From Octopus bimaculoides (Eukaryota): a stretch of 64,000 nucleotides of DNA. Position numbers and translations under genes: made by a program. The notes under the pieces were generated by a model that worked only from the letters and a program-made list of their open reading frames with translations, was not told where the DNA came from and did not search any database. Every line of letters starts with the position of its first letter. The first letter of the stretch is position 1. This document shows positions 1 through 12,531 of the stretch, piece by piece. The stretch covers positions 7,212,751 to 7,276,750 of the forward strand of contig NC_068986.1 in assembly GCF_001194135.2 (NCBI RefSeq). The letters are read 5' to 3'.

Positions 1-848
1 CAGTTTAATGCTGAAAAGTTCCAAGCCTTGTGCTATCAGCATGCAAGACTAAATGCAGTACCCATTAAATACACTGGACCTGGAGGGATTGCAATCCCAG
101 AGGCACGGTCAGTGTGAGACCTGGGCATTTACATGAGTAATGATGCATCCTTTCATGTGCAATGAAATGCAGGTGGCTGACCGGATGGACTCTTAGAACT
201 TTTAGAACAAGAGATCTAGAGGACACTTGTCCTAAGCCACTTTGACTATTGCTCTCAGCTATGGTCACCAACCAGTGTCAAATTAATCTCAGAACTTGAG
301 ACAATCCAACGAAGCTACACGAAGAAAATAGCCTCTATGCAGCATATAAGCTACTGAGCAAGACTCAGGAGATTAAAACTCTATTCCTTAGAGTGTAGGA
401 GAGAAAGATATGCCATAATATACATCTGGAAGATTCTGGAAGGAATTGTCCCAAACTTTGGCTTTGAGAGTTACAGAAATACTAGAACTGGGCACCACTA
501 CATAGTGCCAAGGACTCCAAATTTGCCATCAAGATGTAGGATAAGATACTGCAATAGCCTGGGCTTCAGAGATTCACAGCTCTTCAATATCCTCCTGAAT
601 GACCTGAGAGACCTGCATGGGGTGGATGTAGGTATCTTCAAAATAAAGTTGGACCTCTTCCTGTCAAGGGTCCCAGATGAACCAACTTGGCGGCAGGAGG
701 TGCAGATGAGGGCAGCTGCATCAAACTCTCTCATGCACCAAATGTCAATTCCTGAAAAGCATTCGTGAAGTAAAATTATGTAGCAACACCAAATGGCGGT
801 GCCCCAGCATGGCCACAGCTTGTGAGCTGAAACTAGATAAAAAAAAAG
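1..848 (+). mobile_element. 3' end of a decayed CR1/L2-type LINE (ORF2 RT C-terminus, 3' UTR, A-rich tail)
   Basis: Broken frames read QFNAEKFQALCY, RDLGIYMSNDASFH, GWTLRTFRTRD, HFDYCSQLWSP, ELETIQRSYTKKI, LYSLECRRERYAIIYIWKILEGIVPN. ORF 505-768 gives SQLFNILLNDLRDLHGVDVGIFKIKLDLFLSRVPDEPT...RAAASNSL, typical CR1-clade C-terminal motifs. Ends in ...ctgaaactagataaaaaaaaa. Confidence 0.85.
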
Positions 849-1385
849 ATATATATATATAATTATATACATATATATATATTTATATATACATATATAC
901 ATACATACATCTATATTTATACATATATACATCTATATATACACACATATATATATACATGCATATATATATATACATACATCTATATATACATATATAT
1001 ATATATATACACATGCATATATATACATATATATATACACATTTATATACATATATATAGATTGATGATGATGACATATACATTTATATACATATATATA
1101 TGCACACATATATATACATGCATATATATACATATATATATATACCCATATATATATACATGCATATATATACATATATACAAACATACATATATATACA
1201 TATATACATGCATATATATACACATATATATATGTATATACACATGCATATATATACATATATACAAACATATATACAAACATACATATACTTATATACA
1301 AACATGCATATATATACATAGTAAAACTAATAGAAATGAAACTATTAGCATATACACAAATGTGTATATGTATATATATGCATAG
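849..1385. repeat. Compound (TA)n/(TACA)n/(TATG)n microsatellite tract
   Basis: Seen directly; it explains the many Y/I/C/M-rich ORFs in the track. Confidence 0.95.
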
Positions 1386-2789
1386 TGAAACTATTAAAAG
1401 TGAAACTGTTGAAAGTGAAACTATTATATATCACATCACAATAGAGATGTTAGCGTTTCACTTTTGACATGTAATACCAAAGCAGTTTAAGAGATTGCTC
1501 CGGGCTCACATTAGGCAAGAAGTTGAAAATTGTTTGGCCCATGACACTACATGGACCCTAACTAACGCATGTGTAAAATTTGAATGAAATCGGTTGGGTA
1601 GTTCTCAAGTTTTAGTGATGCACGTATACACACAGACAGACACATGTTCTCAGTTTTATATATGTGTGTGTGTGTGTGTGTGTGTATATATTATATAAAC
1701 TAGTGATTGTCTTGTTGGAATCAGGAAATATTTAACCAATGATGCTATTGTTCAAACAATACATGATATAAAATAAAAGAAATGCAGAAATATCTGTTTG
1801 GCAATGGTTTGTTCTTTGATCTTAGCTGAAGCCATTCTTTGAATCAATCTCCCTATTCATCTGCTTTTTGCCGTTCACTCGTTTGGTGTCCTCTTTCTGA
1901 GTCCAATGGCAGCCAAGTAGGACATCATATATTAGCTACAAACCATTATTATATATTATCTACCTTATATATTTAACTACAAACCATTAAGCAAAATTTA
2001 TATTTGCATATTATTTCGTGTCCAAATAAATTTTGTGTTTTTTATGAGTACAGTACTAGTGTGTGTATGTGTGTGTGTATGTGTGTGTGTATATATGTAT
2101 GTAGGCCATCAGCTATCAACAAAGCTCTGAGGAATGACTACAATGGAATAATAGTGAACATTTATAGTGTGCATGTGTGTGTGTGTGTGTGTGTGTGTGT
2201 ATAATTTTATGAATGTTGACTATAGTTACATTATTACCATTTTTCTGAGTGTCCTGATCAATAGTTTTCATATTACAGCATGATTTTAGCAGCTATATTT
2301 CTGATAGTGTTGTGAGGGGAAAGTGTGTTTTGTACTTCTAGTGTCTCATTACACATACCTATATTTATGTGCATTCAGTCAGTCGGTTTGCCTTCATTTT
2401 GCTGTTATAATGACAATATAGAACTATGTCTATTATATACTATGAAGATGAGAAATATTTCTTTATTATTCAAATTTGATTGCTGAGTTAGAATCTGCTA
2501 TTTCTCAGCAATGCAAGGTTGATATTAATATGTTTATGTAGAATGGAGTGAGTTTGACTGTTGGCCTTTCAATATTTAAGTGGTCCACATGTAGGTACTT
2601 TAGTTTCTGTACAAATTTTTATAAATATATTATATTATATATTCTTCTTATTTGCCTTTAACCCTCCAGCGCGGAGTACAGGCCACTTATAATTGAATTC
2701 CATGTTCCTTATTTTTTCGTTTCTGTACTTATACTCTGTACTTAAACTCCGCCATGAATGTCCCCCTTTCTCTAGTTCCTTTTGTGTTG

Positions 2790-2915
2790 GTAGCACAATT
2801 AGAAAAGTCACACCAAATGTAGCGAAAAGTGCGTTACAGTGGAATCCAGATGGATATAGAAAGAAAGGTAGGTCTAAGAACTTGTGGCGTAGATCAACAC
2901 AAAAGGAACTATATT
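2790..2915 (+). mobile_element. RTE-clade LINE ORF C-terminal fragment
   Basis: Translates KVTPNVAKSALQWNPDGYRKKGRSKNLWRRST, matching the RTE 'AL.WNP.G.R..GRP..TWRR' C-terminal motif. Confidence 0.7.
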
Positions 2916-3274
2916 ATATATACATGCATATATANNNNNNNNNNNNNNNNNNNNNNNNNNNNNNNNNNNNNNNNNNNNNNNNNNNNNNNNNNNNNNNNNN
3001 NNNNNNNNNNNNNNNNNNNNNNNNNNNNNNNNNNNNNNNNNNNNNNNNNNNNNNNNNNNNNNNNNNNNNNNNNNNNNNNNNNNNNNNNNNNNNNNNNNNN
3101 NNNNNNNNNNNNNNNNNNNNNNNNNNNNNNNNNNNNNNNNNNNNNNNNNNNNNNNNNNNNNNNNNNNNNNNNNNNNNNNNNNNNNNNNNNNNNNNNNNNN
3201 NNNNNNNNNNNNNNNNNNNNNNNNNNNNNNNNNNNNNNNNNNNATATGTATGTATGTAGGCCATCAGCTATCAA

Positions 3275-3995
3275 CAAACCCTGGGGAGAGAAGAAATTTG
3301 GAAGGCACTCAAGGACCTGCAGATTTTACCTGCAAGGCAAATGTTGGCATGGGGAAGATGGCAAAAACTGCTGGTTTGCTCACCCGAGAACCCACCAAAA
3401 CTACAGGGGCCTTAAGGAGAAAAACTTCCCTGAGGAAAGACAACAATTGTCTCCAAAAAAAAAATATACAAAAGAAATGTGCTCTTCAGAGGTTATGCAC
3501 AAAACAACAGCTGAGCAAGAGTCTTTTTTGTGCATGATGCAGAAGATTGTGCAGCAGCTGACCTGGCTACACCAAGTGCAAACAAGGAACCTTGCCCACC
3601 ATTACGCAAGACCACTACAGTCAACAGACACAGGATGGCCTCCCCTAACGCCTGCATAGTCATCACACCAATATTTTTACTAAATATTGGGGGCCTGTTG
3701 CATCATAACAAAGGCAAAATTTCTTTCCTGAGAGACCTTGCTGCATGTAATCAAGCCTTATGCATAGCACTCATGGAAACTCACCTCAGCCCTGATATAG
3801 AGGATGCAGAAGTACACATAGCAAAATATGCAATACTACCAACAGACAGAAGGGAAAGGAGCCATGGTGAAGATGCTGTATACATCTGTGATGACCTCAC
3901 ACTCCAGGTCTTACTGTCATACTCAAATTCAGTATGTGACACTCTAGTTGTATACTTAAGACAACCCAATATAGTCATATGCAATATGACTATAT
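3275..3995 (+). mobile_element. CR1-like LINE fragment: ORF1 end with CCCH zinc finger plus start of ORF2 apurinic endonuclease
   Basis: ORF1-like CRFYLQGKCWHGEDGKNCWFAHP, stop near 3659. Overlapping frame FLLNIGGL...IALMETHLSPDIEDAEVHIAKYAILPTDRRERSHGEDAVYI...SNSVCDTLVV, which is an APE N-terminus (N..G, ETHL, RxDR..R..GG motifs). Confidence 0.8.
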
Positions 3996-5065
3996 TGCTG
4001 TCACTGGCTTTAATGAATTTGTTTTTAAACTTTTAATTGGCAGTTGATGTAATAGCTGTATGCTATTAGCTCTTGAAATAAGATTTCAAGCTTGAATTCA
4101 CGATTTATTGTTTAGAATCTTTGTTACACTTAAATCATTCCATTTATGTCTGTAATAAGTAAATAAAATATAATTGAAAGGAATTATCAATAATTAACTG
4201 GTATGACACCATAGCTGAATATGAACAAAAATATTGCAGAACACTTTTAAATTGAGCATTTCTGAAGATTTTTTTATATTTCAGATGGTTTAACAAACAT
4301 TCTATAATGTTGAATGATTTTAAAGTTTTATCATGGCAATAACAGTTTATGTAAAGACCAGTGTGGTATTTTGTATTTAAGCTAAAAGGCAACTCTATTT
4401 TTCATTTCATACAAATCCTAAAAGATTAAGTTTGTATCAATTTTATTATTCTTATGAAGTTTCAACCCTCTTTTTTGATGTTCTTACGCTCTTAGGAGGT
4501 TAATTTACAAAATCATATAACATATATGAAATGCAATGCTTTATATTTATTAACTTATTTTCTTTTCCCTATTTGATTTTTAAAACTTGAAAAAATAATT
4601 ATTGAATTGTTTTAGGAGACCTGCAGAGAAAGAGGGAGATACGTGAGGTTTAAATAATTGTTAGTTTTATTTATGAGATGTCTGCAGCAGTTAAAGAAAT
4701 TTAGTTTGCTGCCCACAACACTGGAGTTTCCTAGCTGTGGATTAAATACACTCACATCATTCATTTATTGTAGTAGTTTTAAACAGTTTAGTAGACACTT
4801 TTCCTTTATAGAACGAAGTTACATGTTTAGTTTAAAAAAACCCTTCGTAATTAGGGTAGATTAAAGATTAATAAATGATTTTGAGAAATTTGGTTTGTAG
4901 AACTGTTTAAGGAATGAAAAGCCTTCCAATTGTGACCCTGTCATCTTTTCCATGGTAAACTGTATCTAAGACTATATTATTCATGTGACCCTCTTTTTGT
5001 TAGATGGTAGGGTGCAAACTGAGGGGAAGTTGGCTGTTATTTTCCAGTAGATCAAGTAACCATGA

Positions 5066-5175
5066 AATGGCTCCGTTGTTGGCTAACAGCTAAATGTGAT
5101 ATCTGCTTTTTATCAGTTTCAAGTCTGATATGTTCCTAATAAGAGAACTCATGTAGAAGCAATTTGATTTATAAA
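5066..5175 (+). pseudogene. Diverged U2 snRNA-like sequence (probable pseudogene)
   Basis: ttggctaa...tgtgatatctgctttttatcagtttcaagtctgatatgttcctaataagagaac aligns by eye to U2 TTGGCTAAGATCAAGTGTAGTATCTGTTCTTATCAGTTTAATATCTGATACGTCC...GGAC. Stem IIa (tatcag 5111-5116 / ctgata 5125-5130) and a stem IIb-like hairpin (gttc/gaac) are kept. The branch-site pairing GTAGTA and the Sm site are altered. Confidence 0.55.
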
Positions 5176-6665
5176 CATTGGAATTTATCGAGGTGATACA
5201 GGATCAGTATTGGGTGGAAAACTATTGAATTAGATAACAATGAGAATTGGACATAACACTAACGATGATGATTAAAATGATAATGAAGTATTTATGGTAA
5301 GCACAAGTCTGTGTTAAAATATTTTTCCAAACTGCAATGTGACATTGTTTCCTACAATGTAATATTTTCTTGGAGCTCAACAGTCTTAGATCTGAACAGA
5401 AAATGCCAAATCAAATTTTGTCAAAGTTTTTGGATGGCCATAAAAGAAGCAACCTACCTTTTATGCAAAATAACAAGAATATAAGCTGAAAGAGAAAAGA
5501 AATCTATAATTTAGGAATCAATATGTGTTTTTTTTTTATTTCCATGCCTCATTTATATCTTTTAAGGAATTTATACATTTTATTGGATTCTCTTTCATTC
5601 TTGTAAGACATCTTTGAATGGTTTGTTTTCTATAGATTTTCTTTTAAGGGAAGAAAGACAATATGACAACATTAAAAAATGGTGTGATTTTCGTGGAAGA
5701 AGTGTTGTTTTGTGCAAATGACACAATATAGAAAAGAAAGCATTGTGGGTGCCATTTTGGTATTTCTAGACTCATAGAGACAATGCTTCCAGAATCTTTT
5801 ATTCTTTTCAGCTAAAATGAGTCAGCAATGCTGGATAGATACATTGAAGTGTGCTGTAGGTTTACTTGTGGATTGGATGGAATGGTCTCATGATCAGGGG
5901 ATCAGCTCAGTAGGTGGGAATTAAACTCAGAATGTAGATACCTAAAATAGGACAACCTAAGGCATTTTGTCCAGTGATTTAAAAAAAAAACCTTTATCCT
6001 GGAGGAGTACCCTGTTGATCCTGAAAGGGTGAAAAGAGCAGAGTTGACTTTGGTGGGGTTTGAACTCATAGGACAGACAGCCAAAATGAATGCCATGATG
6101 CTGAGATCATCCTCTGCTAGCTCTTAGTTTCACTAAAACAAAACATAGCTCATGCTAATTATTTAGTAAGAATTAATGAGGTATATCTAAGTATTTAATT
6201 AATTTTTACAGTATTGTATAACATACCAATAATTTCTGGAATAAATTTTCCTGTTGAGTTACAAAATAATATTCAAAGGTCAGAAGCAAAAATTGTTATA
6301 AAAAATGTCTGAGTTTGTGCTTTTTGATTGATGGAGACAGACAAAACAAAGATTAATACATTAATTAAATTAATTGATTATCTCTAATAACTGTGATAAT
6401 AGTTTCTTTGCTATAGTGTTTCACATTTAGTCCAGTAACCCTACCATTAGTGGATAACTGCTCAGCTTTTCATTGAATCATAAACTCTTTCTATCAATTA
6501 TTATGATAGGCCACAACCAATTCTTTCAACTATCTTCTCCTGTTCCAACTCCCTGTACTTTCATCAGTTTATTCCACTTAACACTTGGCCGCCTTTATTA
6601 ACCAAAATACTATTGAGTTCTTCACCAGTTGCCATCAGACTCCATCTTTCAATATTTCTTTTGCT

Positions 6666-6752
6666 AAGGCAGCGAGCTGGCAGAATCATTTGAACACTGG
6701 GTAAAATGCTTAGTGGCATTTTGTCTATTTTTACGTTCTCATTTCAAATTCC
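6666..6752 (+). mobile_element. SINE 5' fragment (family 'ggcggcgagctggcagaatcgttagc...')
   Basis: Similar to the copies at 12036, 23630, 27925, 54148 and 55516. Confidence 0.7.
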
Positions 6753-7859
6753 ATGACCATCACCACTGATTTTCACCATCATCAGATTTATTACTGTTAA
6801 TTAGAAATCCCAAACTTAGAATACAAACTTCTGTCACTATGTTTACTTTGCTCTTTAACCCTTTAGTATTTAAACTGGCCATATCCAACCCAAATATTCT
6901 GTTTTATGTTTAAAGCTTCTCACACCCACCTCTTAACGTCATTCTAAAACTAAACAAGATTTCACATCATTGAAATCTTGAATGCATGATTAATTCAAAA
7001 CAATATGAATAAATAAGTATTACATTTAACACAATAACTTGAATGCTAAAGGTTTAAAGAATACAACTTCCATGTTTGTTACCATTTTATTCCAGTAACA
7101 AGAACCTGTTTTTTCACTTTTGATGTCTGGTAACACACATAAGAAATAGAAAGTTAGCATTGATCTATTTTCTCAAATGTTATCCACTAACCTATAATAT
7201 GGTGTAATATTCAATATATGAATGTACTTATAGAATTTATACTAATTTACATAATTTCTTAAATTAAGAGACTTCATTTTGCTAAATTTCAAGAAACTCC
7301 AAATTTTGATTTTAATGCAAATTCTTTATTTAGTAGAAATTTTATATCTCTAGCTGGGATGATGATAATGACCATCACCATCTTCATTATGGATTGGATC
7401 TAAATGTTGTTTGGTATCTTGAGCTTTAATATTTGAGAAAATACTTGATCATTTACAACTTTTTAATTAGATGTCTCTGTGCTGTTGGATGTTCAAATAT
7501 ATGTAAACAGGTTAATCAACTGTTGCTTGATAACATTTTAATTAGTTTCTATATCCAGTGTCTATTTGAAAAATTTTATTAAATTTGTATGAAACCTTTT
7601 TCTTAATGAATTAATGAATAAGGTTCAGAGTCCAAGTTTGGGGATGGCAGTTAGCAAAAGACATCTAAAAATTATTTCTTTGTGAAATTCCTTAAAAGAC
7701 AACCCAATTCCCTGTTGTTGAATTGGTTTCACATTTGTTGGGACATCTTCAGTTCAATAATGGAAGGATATCACATCATGCAGTTTAATTCTCTACATTC
7801 TCATCTCTCATGTCTTTTCTGAATAAGGAGAGAGAGAGAGACAGACACACACACACAAG

Positions 7860-7998
7860 GATTCTTTCAGTTTCCATTTCTTAAATTCACTCAAAAGGTT
7901 TTGCCTGGGCCCAAAGCTATAATAGAAGACAGCATGCCCAAGGTGTCACTCTCAGGTCTATACCCTGAAGCCATGTGGTTGGGGCGGAAGCTTCTTAT
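7860..7998 (-). mobile_element. tRNA-derived SINE head, degenerate
   Basis: Reverse complement resembles the SINE at 29700 (cttgggc...cttctattatagc...gtgaatt...ggaaactgaaagaatcc), next to a (CA)/(GA) tract. Confidence 0.6.
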
Positions 7999-8649
7999 CC
8001 TTCCAGTCATGCATCTCCCCATTAATTTTTGCTTCATTGATATCCATAAACTCATTTTGTGCCTATGAAATATTAAAACATGACATTCCAATGACATTCT
8101 TCCAACTTCTTTTCTCTTACCTTATCTTATTCTTCCATTCATGTTATTTCACTCTTCTTTCTCAAAGTCTTTTCTATTTGTTAAATGAAATGTGTTTACT
8201 TTATTCAGTATCATCATTCAAGTCAATATTATCTCTTCTGGTTTGATGTTACTGTTTGATTTGTTGTATTATCTTCTTCCTTTACCAGACATCACTCCTA
8301 CATCTTATCATAAACAACACATTCAACTTTGCACTAAATCCATTTACAATATTCTATCACAGCTAACACTATTTCATGTTTTACTCTAGCTTCTGGAAAT
8401 TAACTTTGATAATGATAAGAATGTTAACCAAATAAATATTACACCAGGAACTGCAACCATTAGACTGTATAGACTTTATTTCTTATTGTGGGTTGTAGTA
8501 TGTGCAGTGTCTTCAGGTTCTGGGCATCAGGACAATAGAATAAGAGAAATCCTGAGAAAAGACGAACGGAAGGTAGGTTCAAGAAGTTGAATGATGTAAA
8601 AAAAAACAGGAAAAGAAAGGAAAAAAGAAAATAATAATAATTGTATGTT

Positions 8650-8996
8650 ACTGTATGTGGTGTAAAATTGTTTTTTTTTCAAACTCCATATGTGGCGAGC
8701 CAATTTAGTGGCTTTACTTTTGTCCATGTGCTGGAGAGAAGATTGGTGGTTAGCATGGCAACTTTTGAAGTTGCTCCACATCACATACAGTCAAGTGGAA
8801 AATAATAGAAAAATTTATGTCATATGTTAATTGATCAACAAAATGCATGTTATGAGTAGCCAAAAGGTCACATATCCTTTTTAGATCTAAAAATTCCATG
8901 ACAGTGTTGAATTCCAGATCAGAGATTTTCACCAAATGCAAACATAAGGACAAGTTTGTTTTGGTGAATTGGAGAACACTGTCTTCTATGGATTGA
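8650..8996. mobile_element. Penelope-like element remnant (GIY-YIG endonuclease region), with an inverted junction
   Basis: Minus strand about 8650-8790: NFKSCHANHQSSLQHMDKSKATKLARHIWSLKKK. Plus strand 8841-8996: KCML*VAKRSHILF...VLNSRSEIFTKCKHKDKFVLVN, the typical PLE C-terminus C.LC..EK..I...LN.RSE....C.H..K..L.N. Confidence 0.7.
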
Positions 8997-10996
8997 GAAG
9001 CTGTATCACAGATTTTAGACCCCTTCTGTTAATTCCACACCCTCTAGTCTGATGACTCTAATTCCTTTTTCTGTTTTTTTCACCATTCCACTTTTTGAAC
9101 CAGCCTTCATCTAATTTTTTCTCCTGATTTCTCATGTTCTGTCTTGATTTGTAACTTGTATAGGCCATGTTCCCAGAGCCTGAAGATTACTTGGAGACAC
9201 TAGGCATGTTTTAAAACGTGCCTAGATAATATATTCTATATATGCAACTATTAGTAGCTCACAACTATATACTGTGTACATTAAACAATATTTATCTCTC
9301 ACCAGATGGAATACTTTTTTTGTTATCTTAATGGAAAAGTAAACTGTATATATGTATGTGTGTGTGTGTGTGTGTGTATGTATAATCTTATGTTTTCAGT
9401 GTGCATATTTTAAAATGGTTTATAGATCTTTGTTTTGATTTGAATATCAGACACTCAGAATCGGGCAATTTTTGATTTTTAATTATAAAGATGTTAATTA
9501 TGCATGATATTTAATGATGTTAAAATTATCTAATAAAATAAAAGGAGATATTTTTGACATAAGTACATTTCCTTCTCTTGCTGTTTGCACTTTGGTTTTA
9601 GTTTGTATTCTTTATTTGTTTGTAAGAAAGGAAGCAACTTTGACCATCTACAAAATGGTACATGTATGAAATATAATGTGCATTTAACCCTTTTACTATC
9701 ACAATTCTGTTGAAATACATTGTTTTGGTTTCAATACATGTTGAAACCAATGAGGAATTTATTAAAATAGATTTGTCATTATTAAGCTGATATTTGGAAT
9801 GCAAATCAATATGAAATTTTGATGGATAGTTTTAATTTGGATCACTTTAAAACATGGTGTTTGTCTCATATAATCAAAATAGTCTGAATGTGTTGGTTTG
9901 TAAATGGTTAATATATTATAACCATCATGTAGAAAAGGTAACATTATTATAGTAAATTAAACTCTGCCTTGCACACTGAGTAACTTGGACAATATACATA
10001 CATACATACGTGTGTGTGTGTGTATGTGTGCGTGTGCATAACTTGTAGTCATGCTGTTCCAGATATGATTACTTACTAAAAAATGGGAAACATTTCTTAT
10101 GTATAATGTCTACAGTTAATGTTTAAGTTTGAATTTTAGAAAAAAGTGCTTGTTATATCCTAATAAATATGGTAATTAAAAGCTTTGTTTGGAAGCCTCT
10201 GACAAAAATATCATCATTCAGCTCTAATTGATAGAGTGCTTTGAGTTCAGATTATAAACTTCAGTGTAAGCATTTATGTCAGTTGGCAGCATACAAATGA
10301 AAGTATATCATCACAACTGATCATTTTTGTTTTAGTCGCCATTATGTTGTTAGAGAGTAGGAAAGCAATTAATATTTAATTCACAAGATATTAAGTGAAC
10401 CATTATATATTTTGATGGCATACAAAGATAGTTTTTCTGTGAAATAATTGCAAAACCTGATCATTTTTCCCCCATAGCTATCTTTTATAGCTGTAGTAAA
10501 ATATGTTTTATGAGATCCATCTTTATTAATTATTAATATTATGTATTAAAATATCACCTTTGCTGTGTTTTTCATGTTTAAATTGTCTGAAACATGAAAG
10601 AGCAATATAGATGAATGAGTCGGAAATTAGCCAGAAAAGACTCACGATAGCATTGAACAGAATCGAAACCTGCCAAATAACAACCAAATTTTCATATGGA
10701 ATGTATTTTTTTTTTTTTTGGATAATTTTCAGACAAGCATTTTATAAATTTATAGTAATGTACTCAATACTGACTTGAGAGTAAAAATTACAAATACTGT
10801 GTTACATACACACGTCATCATTAACACTTTTGTGCCTCTAAAGACCTGAATTTAGAACTCGCTTGTGCCATATTCCTGGTAAAAGAATCTGATAATGCTT
10901 TTTCAGATCTTATTTTACTGAAAGTTAATGTTTTGTATTAAAAAAAAATATTGTTATTAATTCCAAGCCAAAGATCTGGATATGTTTACAGATGTA

Positions 10997-11033
<37 letters not shown>

Positions 11034-11034
<1 letters not shown>

Positions 11035-11978
11035 TTCAGTAGTTTTATTTTTATAACGTGCTTTCACTTCACTACCGAGCGCAGCTCTGTGCGCCTTGGG
11101 TATGTGCTGTGGTTTGCTCTGGTGCTCTTATGTTTACTGTATTGAAAGTGTTTTGCGTAGAATGTGTGCAGTACCCAGTAGTGCAATTTTCTGTATGTTA
11201 TATATATTTGTAAGTCCTGGTGTTTTTGTTATGTATGTGTCTGAATATTTTTTAATTATACCTAAGACACCTACTATGATNNNNNNNNNNNNNNNNNNNN
11301 NNNNNNNNNNNNNNNNNNNNNNNNNNNNNNNNNNNNNNNNNNNNNNNNNNNNNNNNNNNNNNNNNNNNNNNNNNNNNNNNNNNNNNNNNNNNNNNNNNNN
11401 NNNNNNNNNNNNNNNNNNNNNNNNNNNNNNNNNNNNNNNNNNNNNNNNNNNNNNNNNNNNNNNNNNNNNNNNNNNNNNNNNNNNNNNNNNNNNNNNNNNN
11501 NNNNNNNNNNNNNNNNNNNNNNNNNNNNNNNNNNNNNNNNNNNNNNNNNNNNNNNNNNNNNNNNNNNNNNNNNNNNNNNNNNNNNNNNNNNNNNNNNNNN
11601 NNNNNNNNNNNNNNNNNNNNNNNNNNNNNNNNNNNNNNNNNNNNNNNNNNNNNNNNNNNNNNNNNNNNNNNNNNNNNNNNNNNNNNNNNNNNNNNNNNNN
11701 NNNNNNNNNNNNNNNNNNNNNNNNNNNNNNNNNNNNNNNNNNNNNNTATTGTTTCTTGTCCATCTCCACATATTCTACAGTTACTTGTTATATTTCTTTT
11801 CATTATGTGTTTTTGGTAATTTCTGGTGGGGAGGCTCTGGTCTTGTGCAGTAATTAAAAATCCTTCAGTCTCTGCATTGAGTCCTGAGCTTCTCAGCCAT
11901 TGCTGGGATTTTTCTCTGTCTATTTCTTTCGCATTTAGTTTAGCCCAGTATTTACCATGTAGGGGCTTTTCTTGCCCC
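11034..11978 (-). mobile_element. 5'-truncated R4/Dong-like non-LTR retrotransposon (RLE type), interrupted by an N gap
   Basis: EKPLHGKY...WLRSSGLNAETEGFLITAQDQSLPTRNY...CRICGDGQETI and C-terminal IIVGVLG...IQKIALLGTAHILRKTL. Flanked by (TTA)n on both sides (about 10999-11033 and 11979-12035). Confidence 0.8.
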
Positions 11979-12012
<34 letters not shown>

Positions 12013-12035
12013 CATTATTATTATTATTATTATTA

Positions 12036-12231
12036 AAGTGATAAGCTGGCAGAAGTGTTAGCATGCTGGGCAAAATGCTTAGCAGCATTTCATCTGTCTT
12101 TATGTTCTGAGTTCAAATTCCACTGAGGCCAATTGGGGTCAATAAAATAAGTATCAGTTAAGCACTGGGGTTGATGTAATTAACTAGCCCCCTCCCTCAA
12201 AATTGCTGACCTTGTGCCAAAAATTGAAACC
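12036..12231 (+). mobile_element. SINE (Meta-domain-like core inferred)
   Basis: gctggcagaagtgttagcatgctgggcaaaatgcttagc...gttctgagttcaaattcc...ggggtcaataaaataagtatcag...ttgaaacc; same family as 54148 and 55516. Confidence 0.8.
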
Positions 12232-12489
12232 ATTATTATTATTTTTTCTGATTAGCTACAGCTGAGTGAACCTTCATTAAATAGACCTATGGTTAAAATA
12301 TTCCAACCATGGCTATCCTAACTTTCATTCAGTCACAGTGTATCTTGGGATACATTATCCAAATATCATTTTAAAAAAATTGTAGGGTGTGATTTGTATT
12401 TCTAACTGATCAAGCGAAAACATGAAGGCTCTTTGTTGACTTAGAGACGTATATAAACGTATATCCATTTCAAATTTGTATATGATATG

Positions 12490-12529
<40 letters not shown>

Positions 12530-12531
<2 letters not shown>

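Noticed and set aside
498-1385. Numerous Y/I/C/M/H-rich ORFs
   Set aside because: They are translations of TA/CA microsatellites.
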